From Fistulifera solaris (lineage: Eukaryota): DNA of 64,000 nt. This document shows, one piece after another, positions 12,157-24,470 of this stretch (its first letter is position 1; the number at the start of each line of letters is the position of its first letter). Under the pieces are notes generated by a model that did not search any database, was not told where the DNA came from, and worked only from the letters and a program-made list of their open reading frames with translations. The translations under genes were made by a program, and so were the position numbers. Location of the stretch: contig AP026145.1 in assembly GCA_030295235.1 (NCBI GenBank), positions 806,001 to 870,000 on the forward strand, given 5' to 3'.

Positions 12157-13170
12157 TTAATTAGAGCTCGGCTTCAAAGACATGTCGCCGACCCAAGTCT
12201 CACCGCCGTTCAAAGTCACAGGGTCGAACTTGACACTTTCTACGCAGACAAAGTTGTTGTAGCCCATTCCTTCGTTGCCATACGGACTCCAGATGACGGT
12301 GTCCGCCCATCCCTTTGTGTTGAGAACCGCCAAGCTTTTACCAGTTCCGGCATCTTTCAAGACAGGGTCGTTGACACCTTTGTAGACGCGGTCGTACTCT
12401 TCCGAAATTGTAATAACCTCTCGGTCTTCCGTCTGCATTTCACCGCCGTCGCCCACCAGTTTGTTCAAGAATTCTTTGCCGGCGAAACTTCCAGAAATCT
12501 CGAGCTTGTCAAGACTCGACACGGCAAAGTAGCTGTGCAGAGCAGCCTGGAAATCAAAAGAATCGTCACCTTTGTTCTCTACCCACATTTTGGTGTCCAG
12601 CTGGTCTTCTTGCAGAGTAACAGTAAAAGTGCACTTGAATTGCTTATCCCACATTTCTTTGGTATAATCACTGGGTTCCATCACGAGCTCGACGCTCGAG
12701 TCCGTCATGGACGCCACCGACCAGTTGACGTTGCGAGCAAATCCGTGTTGCTGGATCGCTCCAGGCCCGAATTGCGGCCAGCAGTGAGAAAGTCCACCGC
12801 TGATGGGCTTGCTACCGTCCATCTTGGCATCTGGACGCACAGCGATAAATTCAGTGCCGTCTTGGATGTAGCTGGTGACGCAGGCTCCGTACAAATAAAC
12901 CTGACTCGATGAACCCGACGGATGAACGAGTTGAACGTATTCCAAGCCACCCTCGTTGGTTTGAAGACCCGCCGCCGGTTTGGCTACGGCCTTTTCTTCC
13001 ACCTGGGCCATGCCACCGCGTTTCTCAATCCAAGAAGTACGAGCAGCGACCTTCTGACGCTGGCGGCTGTCGAACAAGGCGGTGGTCGTCGAGGACGGCG
13101 TGGACGGCCGGACAACAAAGCCCGAGACGGCTGAGCTGAGGAGAAGGAGACCTTGAATAGTGATGTTCAT
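12157..13170 (-). CDS. Aldose-1-epimerase family / glucose-6-phosphate 1-epimerase, plastid-targeted
   Basis: Motifs KPISGGLSHCWPQFGPG, QHGFARN, FQAALHSYF, EEYDRVY and FVCVE. Presequence AVSGF. Confidence 0.88.
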   Translation of the reverse strand: MNITIQGLLLLSSAVSGFVVRPSTPSSTTTALFDSRQRQKVAARTSWIEKRGGMAQVEEKAVAKPAAGLQTNEGGLEYVQLVHPSGSSSQVYLYGACVTSYIQDGTEFIAVRPDAKMDGSKPISGGLSHCWPQFGPGAIQQHGFARNVNWSVASMTDSSVELVMEPSDYTKEMWDKQFKCTFTVTLQEDQLDTKMWVENKGDDSFDFQAALHSYFAVSSLDKLEISGSFAGKEFLNKLVGDGGEMQTEDREVITISEEYDRVYKGVNDPVLKDAGTGKSLAVLNTKGWADTVIWSPYGNEGMGYNNFVCVESVKFDPVTLNGGETWVGDMSLKPSSN

Positions 13171-13703
13171 GGTGACAAAGATCGATTGATTCTTTTCAAG
13201 CTGTTTTGGAGTACCTGTAGTAATTATGATGATAAATGCAAAACCGCCGATGTCATGGGTCATGGTCGCTAACGTGGGCCAAAATCTAAAAAGAAAACAC
13301 GTACGCGAAAAAACCAACGGAATCTGGAATTTTTGATTACAAGAGAAGAATTGTCGTCGCTCAACGATACGAGTCACGAGTCTGGAGTTAAGGTCTTGGG
13401 CTAATCACATTCTGTAAAGATTTTTATATTCACAGCGTCGTCAGCGTTTCGTACGACCATACACCATACGGCACCTTGCCTTGTAATCGCTAATCGTGTC
13501 GAGCCCCAGCTAGATGGAAAATTACAAATGAAATTTCACACTATTTTTTTTTTAAAAAGTTATCTTACTCCGTAATTCGATAAAAGTTGCACGAAGGACG
13601 TTTATGACTAACAACGGACAGGACAGTAGGTTGTGGACCAAGCATGCGACGCCTACGGTTTAACATCTTGTGTAGCGATCGCGGCGATCACGGCCGTACT
13701 TCC

Positions 13704-14522
13704 TTAAACCGCACGACGGCTTCCCTTGCCCTTGCCTTTTCCAGAGCTGCTTCCTTTTCCTCCACCTTTTCCTTTTCCAGAGTCGCTTCCACCCTTTCCT
13801 TTTCCAGAGTAGCTACCACCCTTCCCTTTTCCAGAGCTACTTCCTCCCTTTCCTTTCCAGAGCTGCTTCCTCCTTTTCCCTTGCCCTTACCCATTCCTTT
13901 CTTGCCTCCTTTACCTTTGCCCTTTCCCTTTCCGGAGCTGCCACCTTTACCGGAGCTACTTCCCTTTCCCTTTCCTTTACCCGAGTAATCGTCATCGTCG
14001 TCAAAGATGTTGCCCTTGCCCTTGCCCTTGCCTTTTCCTTTACTCGAGTACGAATCGTCATCACCCGAGTAATCGTCATCACCATAGTAATAATCGTCAT
14101 CCTCGAAGATGTTGCCTTTTCCCTTTCCTTTACCAGAGCTGCTTCCTTTGCTCATTCCTTTACCGGAGTCACTGCCCTTTCCCGAGCCCTTTCCGGAACC
14201 TCCCTTTCCACTGCCCTTTCCGGAACTGCCCTTTCCAGAGCTTCCTCCCTTTCCTTTACCGTAACTTCCCTTTCCACTGCCTTTTCCGGAACCCTTTCCA
14301 GAGCTTCCTTTACCGCCCTTTCCTTTGCCGCCTTTTCCTTTGCCCTTTTTGAGGTGACGCAAGTTCTACAGACGAAAAGATCGGCATGATGAGCACGACT
14401 TGTGCGGTAGGATATCAAGCAACGGAGGAACTTACCTGCTGCTCAAGACCGGTGGCAGTGTCTCTCGCGATGGCCAACGCGACCATCATGGAGATAAGGA
14501 GGATGTTGTAAAGGCCTTTCAT
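13704..14522 (-). CDS. Silaffin/cingulin-like Lys-Gly-Ser-rich secreted protein B with Asp/Tyr block
   Basis: Exon 1 (14522-14436, MKGLYNILL...). Intron 14435-14366. Exon 2 is NLRHL plus GKG repeats and EDDDYYYGDDDYSGDDD. A 1-nt shift near 13855 restores GKG repeats ending SRRAV* at 13704. Confidence 0.8.
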
Positions 14523-15623
14523 CGTAGATATGGATTGGTTGGGGTCAATCGATGGTTTCGAAAGCGAAGGATTTCAATTTGTGAGAGATGCTGTCAAGTC
14601 GTCTTGTTCAGACGGCCGCGATTTGTGATGGTAAATCGATTACGATATTGAAGGATCACAAAGTCGATTGGCAAACAGGTGTTTCACTCTTGCTGTTGTG
14701 GCATGCGTCGATACAACAATGTGTTGGCCTCCTTTCACGCGAGCCCGAAGCATATCTATTGCTTCTTGACGTCAACTCATTTGTTTACTCCGTCTGGCGG
14801 GCAGCGTGTGCTGCTATTATTGACTCAAAATTTCAAAAAGAAGATCTTAGGGAAAATACATTCATGCTTCGCTTTTACTATAGCTTTTAGTGTAAAGACG
14901 GCGCCCATAGTTTTTAAGTGGTATGTACTTTTTGCCAAGTCGTGCCATAGCCCTTATTTAACCGATTCCGAAAAGATAAGAAGCGCGGTCCCGATGCTTG
15001 TCTAAGTAGTTTTTAGGCTTCTCTAAATACTCCTGTTCATAGGGTAATGATATAATTGCATTTAGAGGACGCTCTGTCACGCCGAAATCCAATTACTCAC
15101 TATTATCGAAAAGATATTCCGCGTGCCATTTTGGCTGATGTTGGATGTTGACATCGAAAGTTCATCGAAAGACCTATCGTGTATCAAATCGAAGACGAGA
15201 CTGGGCGGGCCACCAATTCTTTTTTCAAGTGCTTCTTAATCCAGCTCTCTCGAGTGCAGATTACTGTATGGTATGCCCATGCCTGACATCTGCCCCATGC
15301 CTTATCTCTACAATACTTCAATCTGAATGCAGACGCGAGGCGTGAGGAGTCGCAACACGTGCATCTGAAGATGTACACGAGGCCAGGCAACTATGTTCGG
15401 ATTCCAGACATCTTCAACACACCTTCACTTTTCATTAGTGTGAACTGAGTATCTAGACCCCCAACTTTTCCATCCAATAACCGACTAAGCTGTTATAATG
15501 CACCCTTTGAAATCCCGCCAAGCTAGTTGAACGCCAGCCCGTTTTTCAATAGCTACAGAGCAATCGTCCACTGATGATTACGATGATCAACGTAATCAAA
15601 TGTAACCAGCCACATCTGATACT

Positions 15624-16905
15624 CTACATGTCTGCTGTGCTCCAGCGATAAGCCACTTCTCTCTGATGCTGAAGCTGGTTACGTTGAGAGAGCAACTTGT
15701 TCTCAAACCCGTTCCCTCTATCTACACCATCCCATCGGAAGCCGGGTCGAATGTTGAATCGGTTCGGCTTTGCGGGAGGTCCCTTGTATACGGGTTTGAT
15801 CGATTTGTCGATGACTTTTCGCTTCGCCTTTGAATCATTCTTGTTCGATCCATAAGCAGCCATGGGATCGCCCTCTCGAATTTCATTTTTCCGTATTTCT
15901 TCCAACTTTTCGTCACCCGCGTATCGCGCGAAGGATGCCTGCTGTAAAGCAATGACTTCTTCCTGTCGTTGAAGCTCACGTTCTCGCTGGGCGTAACTTG
16001 TGTTTAAAAGTACCTGAGTTCTCTGTGCTTCTTCCTTGTCCAGCTGATTCTTTTCGACTTTGCGACCCGTGCTTTTCTCACGATAAACCGTATCGCCGTG
16101 TCCATACTTGTCCACCATTTTATTCACGGCATCCTGCTTGTCGTGTTGCAGCTTCTTTTCCATTTTGGAGAACTTGCTTCGACTTTGTAAGCCAGCAACA
16201 TGCCCTGATGACATCCTCTCTCTATCATCCTTGTTAGATGAATCCTCAGAAGAGGACGAGTCATGGCGACGACGTCTGATGCCACGTTTGTCATCACCTG
16301 ATGAATCAGAGTCATGAAGGCGACGTCTTCTGTCATGCATGTCATCATCTGAAGAATCAGAGTCGTGACGGCGACGTCTTTTGTCGTGATTGTCATCATC
16401 TGAAGAATCGGAGTCGTATCGACGTCTTTTATAGCTTTCTGACGAACTTTTCACCGTATCACGAGTATGAATAACAGCCGATCCCGACCCTATCTTCTCA
16501 GGTTGTTGACTTTTGTTGCTCGCAACTTGTCCAGTTTCTTCGTCCGATGATGAATCGTATCGTCGTCGTCGAGGTTTCTCGTCTATTTCCCCTTGAACGA
16601 CATCACTTTTACGGTTAAGGTCGTCCCCAACGGCCTCCCACCGGCCCTTGGATAGCGAAATTGTCGGCTCTGTAGAACTCTCAACAATGACTGGTCCCTC
16701 ATCGTCGGACTCTCCAGTTTCGGAGTCATCCACATGATCTGTAGAGGGCGCGAAAACATCGTCAACATGATCAGCGTCTGCAATTTGGGCATTTTCGTGT
16801 TTTTGATTCTTTGCTCGTTTCTCCTTTTTAGTCTTCTTTGCCTTTTTCGACTTTTTCTTCTCCAAGATATTTGGAAAGATAAGCGAGTTTACTTGACGAC
16901 GGCAT
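15624..16905 (-). CDS. BUD13: Pre-mRNA splicing RES complex subunit BUD13/CWC26
   Basis: RRRHDSD repeats. C-terminal GDPM..PNRFNIRPGFRWDGVDRGNGFE..W...DM. N-terminus MPSSSKLAYLSKY lies in the adjacent frame. Confidence 0.9.
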
Positions 16906-17196
16906 TTCGGTTTATTTATAAAACAATCAATAAGTTGTGCCTTCGCTTTGTCAAGTAAATATTGCAGGCGCACCACGCCGACGCGATCGCGATGCGTGAT
17001 CCAGTCACGAGTCACGGGTCCCAATAAACTTATGGAGATGATACGAAAAAAACGCGATCAATTGAAAACCAAGCAGCTATCAAGATTAACTCAGCTTCAG
17101 GTTTGACTATTATAAAAACCGAATATTCCGTATTTTCATTAAGTTGCACAACTATGCTTTCTCCTCGTGGAGCTACCAGGTACCTGCGACTAATTC

Positions 17197-18431
17197 TTAG
17201 TCGAGAAGGCCCCGCTCTGAGTCATCGTGTTCACTGTTTAAACTTATTCCCTTCAGGTTCCTCGTCGATTTACTTGGAGACTGAGAAAGGCTTTTGCCCA
17301 TCATCGCAAGCTTGGCAATAGCTTTCATTTTATTCACGAGCTTTCGCCCTTTGTCCGCATTCGTCGCATTAGCTTCTGAGGGGTCGAACGCACTCTCTGA
17401 TGGTTCCACATCAGCTGTATTTTCATTTTGTGCCTCTTTTCCGTGAATGGAGTCCGACTCATTGGCAGTCAAGTCCTCTTCATCAATAAGGTCTACAAGT
17501 TTGTCATTACTTGAACACGTATCATCATCCCGTGTTGACTTGGATGAAGGGTCACCATGCTTAGAATGGCCTTTACTGCTTCGACGCTTTTCTCCATTTG
17601 ATCTAGAAGATTTTTTACTTGTACCAGACTGAGCACTACTTTCACCGCTAGATGTCCGTCGCCTCCTGTGTCCATCGTCTCCATGTTCACTATTCATGAT
17701 CGACTTCGGCCGAAGGTGACCGTGGCGACTGCTATTTAGTGATTTTGATCGACGCCGAGGCTTGTTTATGTCATCCGGGTTGTCGCTTTTGCAACGTGAT
17801 CGACTTTGCGGTTTCTTATCCGGGCTTAGCAATCGTCGCGACGAGGGACTTCTATGAGAGCGCAATGTCTGTTTGCCAGAATGTCGCGATTGTGTTATTT
17901 CTTCATCATCGTGGCTTTTTCGATTCGTCGGACTGTCGTAAGAAGATAGGTCAATTTTTGATGCAAGCCATCGTTTTCTGTCGCTCCAGCAGTTCTCTCC
18001 GAATGGTCTACGTCGCCTTCTTTGCGAGGATGTTCCGAATGTTGTTCATCTTCATCTAAAGATTTCAGAACTCTCATTCTGCTTTTAGTGCGCCGCATAC
18101 GACGGGGAGACGCTATCAGTTTTCTTCCCTCGCTAGCTTCGTCGTCTCCTTTTTCGGGACTATGAGCTGCTTTGGATGAAGTAGAGTGCTTGATGTAATT
18201 CACAACGTTTGAATCTTCATCGTCATCTCTGCAACATTCAGTATGACCCTCAACTATTTCTGAGCAAGATGGGCACATCAATGCTTTTGTTGAAGACTTT
18301 ACGGCGAGCAATCGCGAGAGGCATCGAAAACAGACACAGTGATGGCATGGGGATACCTTAGCAAACTCGACTCCTAACTCAGCCCTGCACTCGCTGCACA
18401 CTTGCTCGTCAGTCTCCTTTAATTTTGGCAT
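17197..18431 (-). CDS. RING-type zinc finger protein with long disordered tail (frameshift near 17890)
   Basis: CSEC..PCHHCVCFRC..CPSC at the N-terminus. A Ser/Arg/Lys-rich ORF continues in the next frame. Confidence 0.55.
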
Positions 18432-19124
18432 TTTTCTATATGAGATGTGTTGCAGTTCCTCCTTGCAATGCTCTCTTGAGGATTGCCAGTAAGCCGTCGT
18501 GATTGTGATGTTTGATGTCGCGGTTTGATTCTCAAAGGATGCCAATTGCCATTTGCATCTTTTGCCTTTCGCATCTTTCGCCTTTTCAATTTTCATCTCC
18601 TGAATCTCCTGAAACTTCAAGGGCCAAGAAGTTTCGGAGTTTGGGGCAAGACATCGTTAATCGTTACACTTTACACTTTACACAATTGTTGACTACTATG
18701 TACATTAAAAGGTATAGTCGGTAATGATACTGTGCTGTGTGAGCAGTCTTTTTAACTAGTCGTAGGACATAACATGCAAGAAATCGAAAGCACAACTGTA
18801 GAGAAAACAGGATGTTGTTTGCTACAGTAATGTATTGTTGGTCATTGTTTGGTCATACTACGTAATTCAGGGGCCACTCAAAAGTCAAAAGTCGATGAAG
18901 GATACAGGATAACGAGACTGCACAGTTTTACACGTGGCAAGCGCAAAATGATGGCGTTCCGCGATCGAATGAGCGGATGATAGAGCGACGGCGACACACC
19001 ATGAGACGAAAATGCGAGCAGCGGAATACAGATACAAGTACCTTCAATATTATCCCAACCACTCTGCAACAAAACGCGATCGGCCATAAGGAATATACAG
19101 ATAATTGAATAAATCGCTGAAATC

Positions 19125-19682
19125 ATGATTAAAGATATAATGGACAAGCAAGTTTATGAGCTCAAAAAGCTCTGGAGCAACAAAAGGCAGTTGACTTTCC
19201 AGGTTCTCAACTTAGCCATGATCGTCTTCTCAGCTCTAATGATTTGGAAGGGCTTGATGTTTGTTACCAAGTCCGAGAGCCCTGTCGTCGTTGTTTTGTC
19301 GGGCAGCATGGAACCCGCGTTTCAGCGGGGGGATATCTTGTTCCTTAATAATGCGGTGCATGATGTTCACGTGGGGGATGTTGTAGTATTCAAAATCAAG
19401 GACAGAGATATTCCCATCGTACACCGAATTCTGAAAGTTCACTTGGACCAAGAAACAGGCAAAGTGGAGCTTCTAACAAAGGGCGACAACAATCGAGTTG
19501 ACGACCGCGGTTTGTATGCCCCAGGACAGCTTTGGCTAAATCGCGATGACATCTTGGGAAAAGCAGTCGGTACCTTACGGTATGTGGGAATGGTAACCAT
19601 TGCCTTGAATGACTATCCAGTTCTGAAATATGTGTTGGTGGGATTGATGGGATTATTTGTCTTAACGAGCAAAGAAGGTTAG
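19125..19682 (+). CDS. SEC11: Signal peptidase complex catalytic subunit
   Basis: Motifs [27 protein letters not shown] and LLTKGDNN. Confidence 0.95.
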   Translation: MIKDIMDKQVYELKKLWSNKRQLTFQVLNLAMIVFSALMIWKGLMFVTKSESPVVVVLSGSMEPAFQRGDILFLNNAVHDVHVGDVVVFKIKDRDIPIVHRILKVHLDQETGKVELLTKGDNNRVDDRGLYAPGQLWLNRDDILGKAVGTLRYVGMVTIALNDYPVLKYVLVGLMGLFVLTSKEG

Positions 19683-19961
19683 TTAGTAGACCTGATAACT
19701 TAACATTTCAAAGGATCGACTTCCTTCTCCCTTTCAATCCTCTGTAATAACCTTGTAAAAGTTAATATTCGCATGAAAGAAGGCTCGACGTATTACAAAT
19801 GAGGCACGAAATAAGTTACAACGTTGCGTAAAGATTCCTCGGAATTTATTGCGTTACGTTATGTGCTCCAAGAAGCTCAAGAACTTTGCATGCTCTGTAG
19901 GGCCAAAGCGGAAAATAGGGCTACTTTAAAAGCGCTCCTCATTTTCTGCTGCGTCTTGAAC

Positions 19962-20261
19962 TTAAGGAGTAAACTCGCTGTAACTGTTCCACTCCTTTTC
20001 TGTGTCGGTAAGATGAGGCGGGTGCACTTGCTCTGGTTTCTCGGGAGGATTTGGGTGCAATAGATGCAGTGGCTCAGGTTTTTCAAAGTCACTAAAAAGG
20101 TGGAAGGCACAAGCGATGGGATCAACGTGATCTCGAGATTCACATGGTTCATCCTTCTTGACAGACGTGTCGTTGGACGTTACGTCGTTCGCGTGTCTTC
20201 CCCCATGAGGAGGCACTTCTACCTTTGCCAAGTGAAGGCCATATAATGCTGATTCTGACAT
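19962..20261 (-). CDS. Possible small hypothetical protein
   Basis: 99-aa ATG-initiated ORF between SEC11 and p24. No recognisable motif. Confidence 0.25.
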   Translation of the reverse strand: MSESALYGLHLAKVEVPPHGGRHANDVTSNDTSVKKDEPCESRDHVDPIACAFHLFSDFEKPEPLHLLHPNPPEKPEQVHPPHLTDTEKEWNSYSEFTP

Positions 20262-20621
20262 GGTTAATGCTTTAATTGAGAGGTTGTAAAGCCGATTTAA
20301 TTTATGGGCATATTCTCGAAGGAAAGTAATGATGTGATTGATGGCGAGTTCGGATCATGCATTCACGGAACATGGAACTGTTCGCTTTCGTCGTCGACGA
20401 CTTTTGAGTGTGAGTGTACGTGCAGTCACGAGTGTCGTCTCGTTACTCGATGTCGATGCAAAGCATCCTCTACCCTAGTCGACCTGATTTTCAAATTGCT
20501 CGCCATCATCACACCATCACTTGCGTTCTCTCGCCGTTGCTTCACAAGTGCAATGTTGTTTACTAAACAACATTTCTCACGAACTCTTTTCAATCAAATT
20601 ACATCTTAATTCGTTCACAAT

Positions 20622-21311
20622 ATGGTGCGCATACTGTTGTCGAAAATTCTCAGCGTACTCGGTCTTCTTTTAGTATCAACGTCGCTGGCCAATGCTGCAT
20701 GGACGCTGACGATCGAGGCTGACGAGGAATACTGCTTTGTGATACGGACAAACCACAAGCGCTTGATCACAGGAAATTATGAAATGCTGGATAGAGAGCT
20801 TTCATCCGAGCCCATGCTTGTTTACATTATGGAAGGCGAAAAAGTTGTATGGCATTCGCGCTTAAACTCTGCGTTCGACACCTTTCATGCGGTCATGACG
20901 GCGGGTAATAAATACTGGCTCTGTTTACAAAACAGCAGCCAAGGACCATTGAGTAGCCACGAGCATGAGAACAGCTACGAGCATCCTGATGGCCTTGCAC
21001 GCCGAGTTGGCTTTAATTTTCGCATCGAAGCTGACCCGACCGCTCAACCCATCCTGGGTCAAGGCATGGACGAAAAGACAAAGGACTGGATTCACATATC
21101 GAAAGGCGTGAAAGAAAAGCTGCAGACCTATCTGGACCATTTCGAGTACGCCAAGCGCCGGGAAGCTGATCATCGCAGTCTTTTGGAGGAGATATTCACT
21201 TCTATTCTAAAATGGACTGTCCTGGAAGGCGTTGCTGTCATATTAGGGGCGCTTGGCCAAATTTTCTTTTATCGACGGTACCTCGAAAAGAAAACACCAG
21301 CTTATTACTAA
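20622..21311 (+). CDS. p24/emp24/gp25L (GOLD domain) cargo receptor
   Basis: Signal peptide, EEYCF and YWLCLQNS, a coiled segment with READHR, a C-terminal TM helix and a short tail. Confidence 0.85.
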   Translation: MVRILLSKILSVLGLLLVSTSLANAAWTLTIEADEEYCFVIRTNHKRLITGNYEMLDRELSSEPMLVYIMEGEKVVWHSRLNSAFDTFHAVMTAGNKYWLCLQNSSQGPLSSHEHENSYEHPDGLARRVGFNFRIEADPTAQPILGQGMDEKTKDWIHISKGVKEKLQTYLDHFEYAKRREADHRSLLEEIFTSILKWTVLEGVAVILGALGQIFFYRRYLEKKTPAYY

Positions 21312-23843
21312 TAGTCAACTTGGTTACTTTTGACCGCTTGAACACGTAGATCAACACTCGCGTCGGCAAGACGCAGAAGCGCATATCTCGGGAAAAGAGC
21401 TGAAATTTGTCTTTTTCAAAGACTTAATTAAAAGGATAAGAGAAGTATAACACGATTTCACTAATATTTATTCGGAATGTTCCTAGAGTCAGAATGCAAT
21501 TTTGACATTCGACTGAAATTTTCCTTTCTTCCAAAAAAAACTTGATTTCTAAATCACTGTACCAAAGTTAGTAGTAAAGCGACAAACCTGCTCCGAGAGC
21601 TCGCTCCCGAATCATCAATTTTAACTGCGCTCTAGTTTGATCCTTCAAATGCTCCAGCGGGCGTTCAACAGAAAATTTTGGGCGTTACAGACTTACCAAA
21701 TGAGCTCCAACAACTTCGTATTTGGACCAAGTTATCTTCTGCTTTATCAGTTACATTCTTCTATAATGGTACGCTTACCTCTTGGACCACTTTAAGCAGT
21801 GCATTCGCTACTGCTTCACCACACATATTCGACGCTAGATTGACTGTCACAACACGTCCGTCCGTGAAAAAGAAACTTCTGCAAATTTTACCTCGTAGAT
21901 AGACACTCCTCTTAGTTTTCGCAAACATTCGATTGCATTACGCCGCTTCTTTACTTATGATCTTCAATCGACCTGATGCAGTTCTTACACCTTATTTCGT
22001 CGTGGCCTAAAGTGCCGCTCCCTTATAGGCACGATCTTTCAATCCGATTGCTTCTCTGAACATTGGAAATAAACAAAAGAATCCAGCACCAAAAATTAAA
22101 CAGACCCATCTAGCTACTCCACTTTTGAACAGACTAAATGTGGTAAGTGCTTCATCAAGAGGCTTCTCAGAACACCATAACACCTCACGGGTAGTATCTA
22201 TGAAGTTATAGAAGAAGAAGAAGGTAAGCTGAGTAAGAGGATTTCGCTTTTTGAATCAATCCTGACATCATTTCCGATCGGGAGTCGCTAGCGTATCTGA
22301 AACAAAAATTTTTCACTACGTACTCAACGGACTCACTACTTGACTGCAGTAAGAATCGCTAGTGCGATTATGTAATCTGGACAGTGAAAAGCAGTAAAGA
22401 AGTTTGTGATAATTAATCCACAGTGCGCGATGTAAGCAACAATTTCATCGGAAGATTATCGTATTGAATAAGTTGAAAAGTTTTTTTTAAAATAACCCTG
22501 CAACTAAAGCAATAAAAATTTGGCGTATTCATGCAGCTGGATACTTACACCATTATTCTGCTGTTGTCATATTTGCTACGCTTGGACAAAGCATTTTTAA
22601 TGGCCTTTAACTCGATAAGAAGAATCCAGCTTCTTGGCTATGTTCTTTTTGGTTACGTATGGCCGCTTGCAGCTAAAAGATCACACTCTCAGTCAAGGAG
22701 GGCAAGATCGAGTGCGGAAAACATAAAACGATTTCGTTGCTTTGATCACCTTTGCGATAACATACCCGGCAATAATCGTCAATTAACATTGTTGTGAATA
22801 TAATTGAGCACAAGATAAAAAATATATGCGGTACTGTACAGTCGCAATATTGCGAGAAGTGAGACATAGTTAAGAACAATTCCAAGCTATTAGTATCGCT
22901 TTCTTCTTGGTGATTGATTGGAGATAAAACGCCGAAGAAATGAATAGCATTCTGGGTATTCAATTGACACTTAAGCCAGAGACTTCTATCTAAGAGCTGT
23001 TTAACTTTTGATTTACCAGTTATATCTAAGATCAAGACAAGATTTAACCGTTTGCTATAGTATACTGATTACTGCGAAGACGATACTTTCGTCCTGTTCT
23101 TTCGTAATATACGTAACACATGATTGCTTGGGGCGAAAACGTTTCAAAGATCACTGGCGTTTTCATTTCTTTTTTAGAACATGATCAACCAATGACTACC
23201 TTTCCCCAATATCTCATTCGGTCTTCTCATCTACATGGATAATTTCAACTTATTGCTTGTATTAGTTTTAACCACATTTTTGAAAATGTGATGTATTGTC
23301 AGCCGCCGACATCATGGAACTGATCATACATCATTATTTTATTCATTTTATCAGAAAGTATAATTGGCAGATTGAAGTGATGCCTGATGGCTTGCATGAT
23401 TTTGTGTCTCGCATAATAAATTCAACGGTTCATAATCATTTTTTTTGTGTATGCTGCGAGACGCTGGAGTGCAGATAAACTTAGTCAGGCAGGAGGAATT
23501 TGGAAACAGATTTTTTACATTGTGTCTACTTTTATTCCGTTAAGTTTAATCGCTTTGTTTGGTTATGAAATGCAGAAAGCACGAACTTATTTTTTTTTTT
23601 ATAAAACCATCATCTAGCACAGTTCCGTACCATGCTGCGACTCGTCGTTACTTATCGCACTTGAGTCCGCCTCGAAAGAGTCCTGGAAGTTCCCTTTGAA
23701 AAAAGACAGACAGGCTGTTAAGAGTTGAACATTCAGATAAATCTAATTGGAACAAAAGGTCGCTGACGAAGTTCCAAATATGGGTTATTGCTCGAAATTG
23801 ATAGACTTAGTAAGGTAGCTGTTCATTGTTGATGCAATATTAA

Positions 23844-23989
23844 GCTTAGGTCTTCCAAGCGGCTGCATCCACTAAATATGCTTGAAGCCTAATCAGGAGT
23901 TGGAATGAAGACGCATTATTTTGCTTAGGTCTACCTTGCGGCTGCATCCACTCAAAATGCTTGAAGCCTTATCAGGAGTTGAAATGAAA
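23844..23989. repeat. Two-copy direct repeat, period 79 nt
   Basis: GCTTAGGTCT....GCGGCTGCATCCACT..ATGCTTGAAGCCT.ATCAGGAGTTG.AATGAA at 23844 and 23923. Confidence 0.85.
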
Positions 23990-24356
23990 GTGGTTCGTCA
24001 GCGTTGATGAGTTGAAGCAACCGGTGAACGTTGAAGAATTTATAGCATTGGGGTTTTTTCACAATTAAAAGAATCGTAAATATTCATTCCTTGTTTGATT
24101 TCGGACAGTTTGTTGTCTCCAAATTGCAGAAAGCACGAGCTTATTGGATGTCATCATAATCCAGTACAGTTCCGTGCCTCTAACGGCTTCATATTTTAGT
24201 GCTCCAGATAGTAACCGCTTTTATTTTAACCTCATTGTCGTTTAACTAATGATGTCCGTCCATTTTTTTAAATGATTATCTCGACCCGTTTCGTTATGTT
24301 CCGGTCTGTTAATTTTTTCATCTAATTTCGTATTAGCTAAGATTGGCTAAAAGTGC

Positions 24357-24470
24357 CTACATTTTAAAAAAAGTATGGTTAAAATCCTTGTGCGCACCTA
24401 GGCGATTCAAAAATCTACATTTTAAAAAGTAAGGTTGAAATGCTTGTGCGCACCTAGGCGATCAAAAAAA
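24357..24470. repeat. Two-copy tandem repeat, period ~58 nt
   Basis: CTACATTTTAAAAA..GTA.GGTT.AAAT.CTTGTGCGCACCTAGGCGAT at 24357 and 24415. Confidence 0.85.

Noticed and set aside
12115..12912. Long antisense ORFs over the epimerase, GAPDH (50976-51656) and TL29 genes
   Set aside because: Explained by codon bias of the real genes on the opposite strand. No motifs of their own.
13688..13850. Glu-rich coiled tail (EREEVALEK...) on GKG protein B
   Set aside because: Out-of-frame reading of GKG repeats. Shifting one base restores the repeats and an RRAV* end matching the paralog's RRTI*.
16250..16430. Tandem RRRHDSDSS nucleotide repeats
   Set aside because: A normal feature of BUD13 proteins.
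23844..24470. Direct repeats as a CRISPR array
   Set aside because: Only two copies each, no unique spacers of regular length, no cas genes, and a eukaryotic context.
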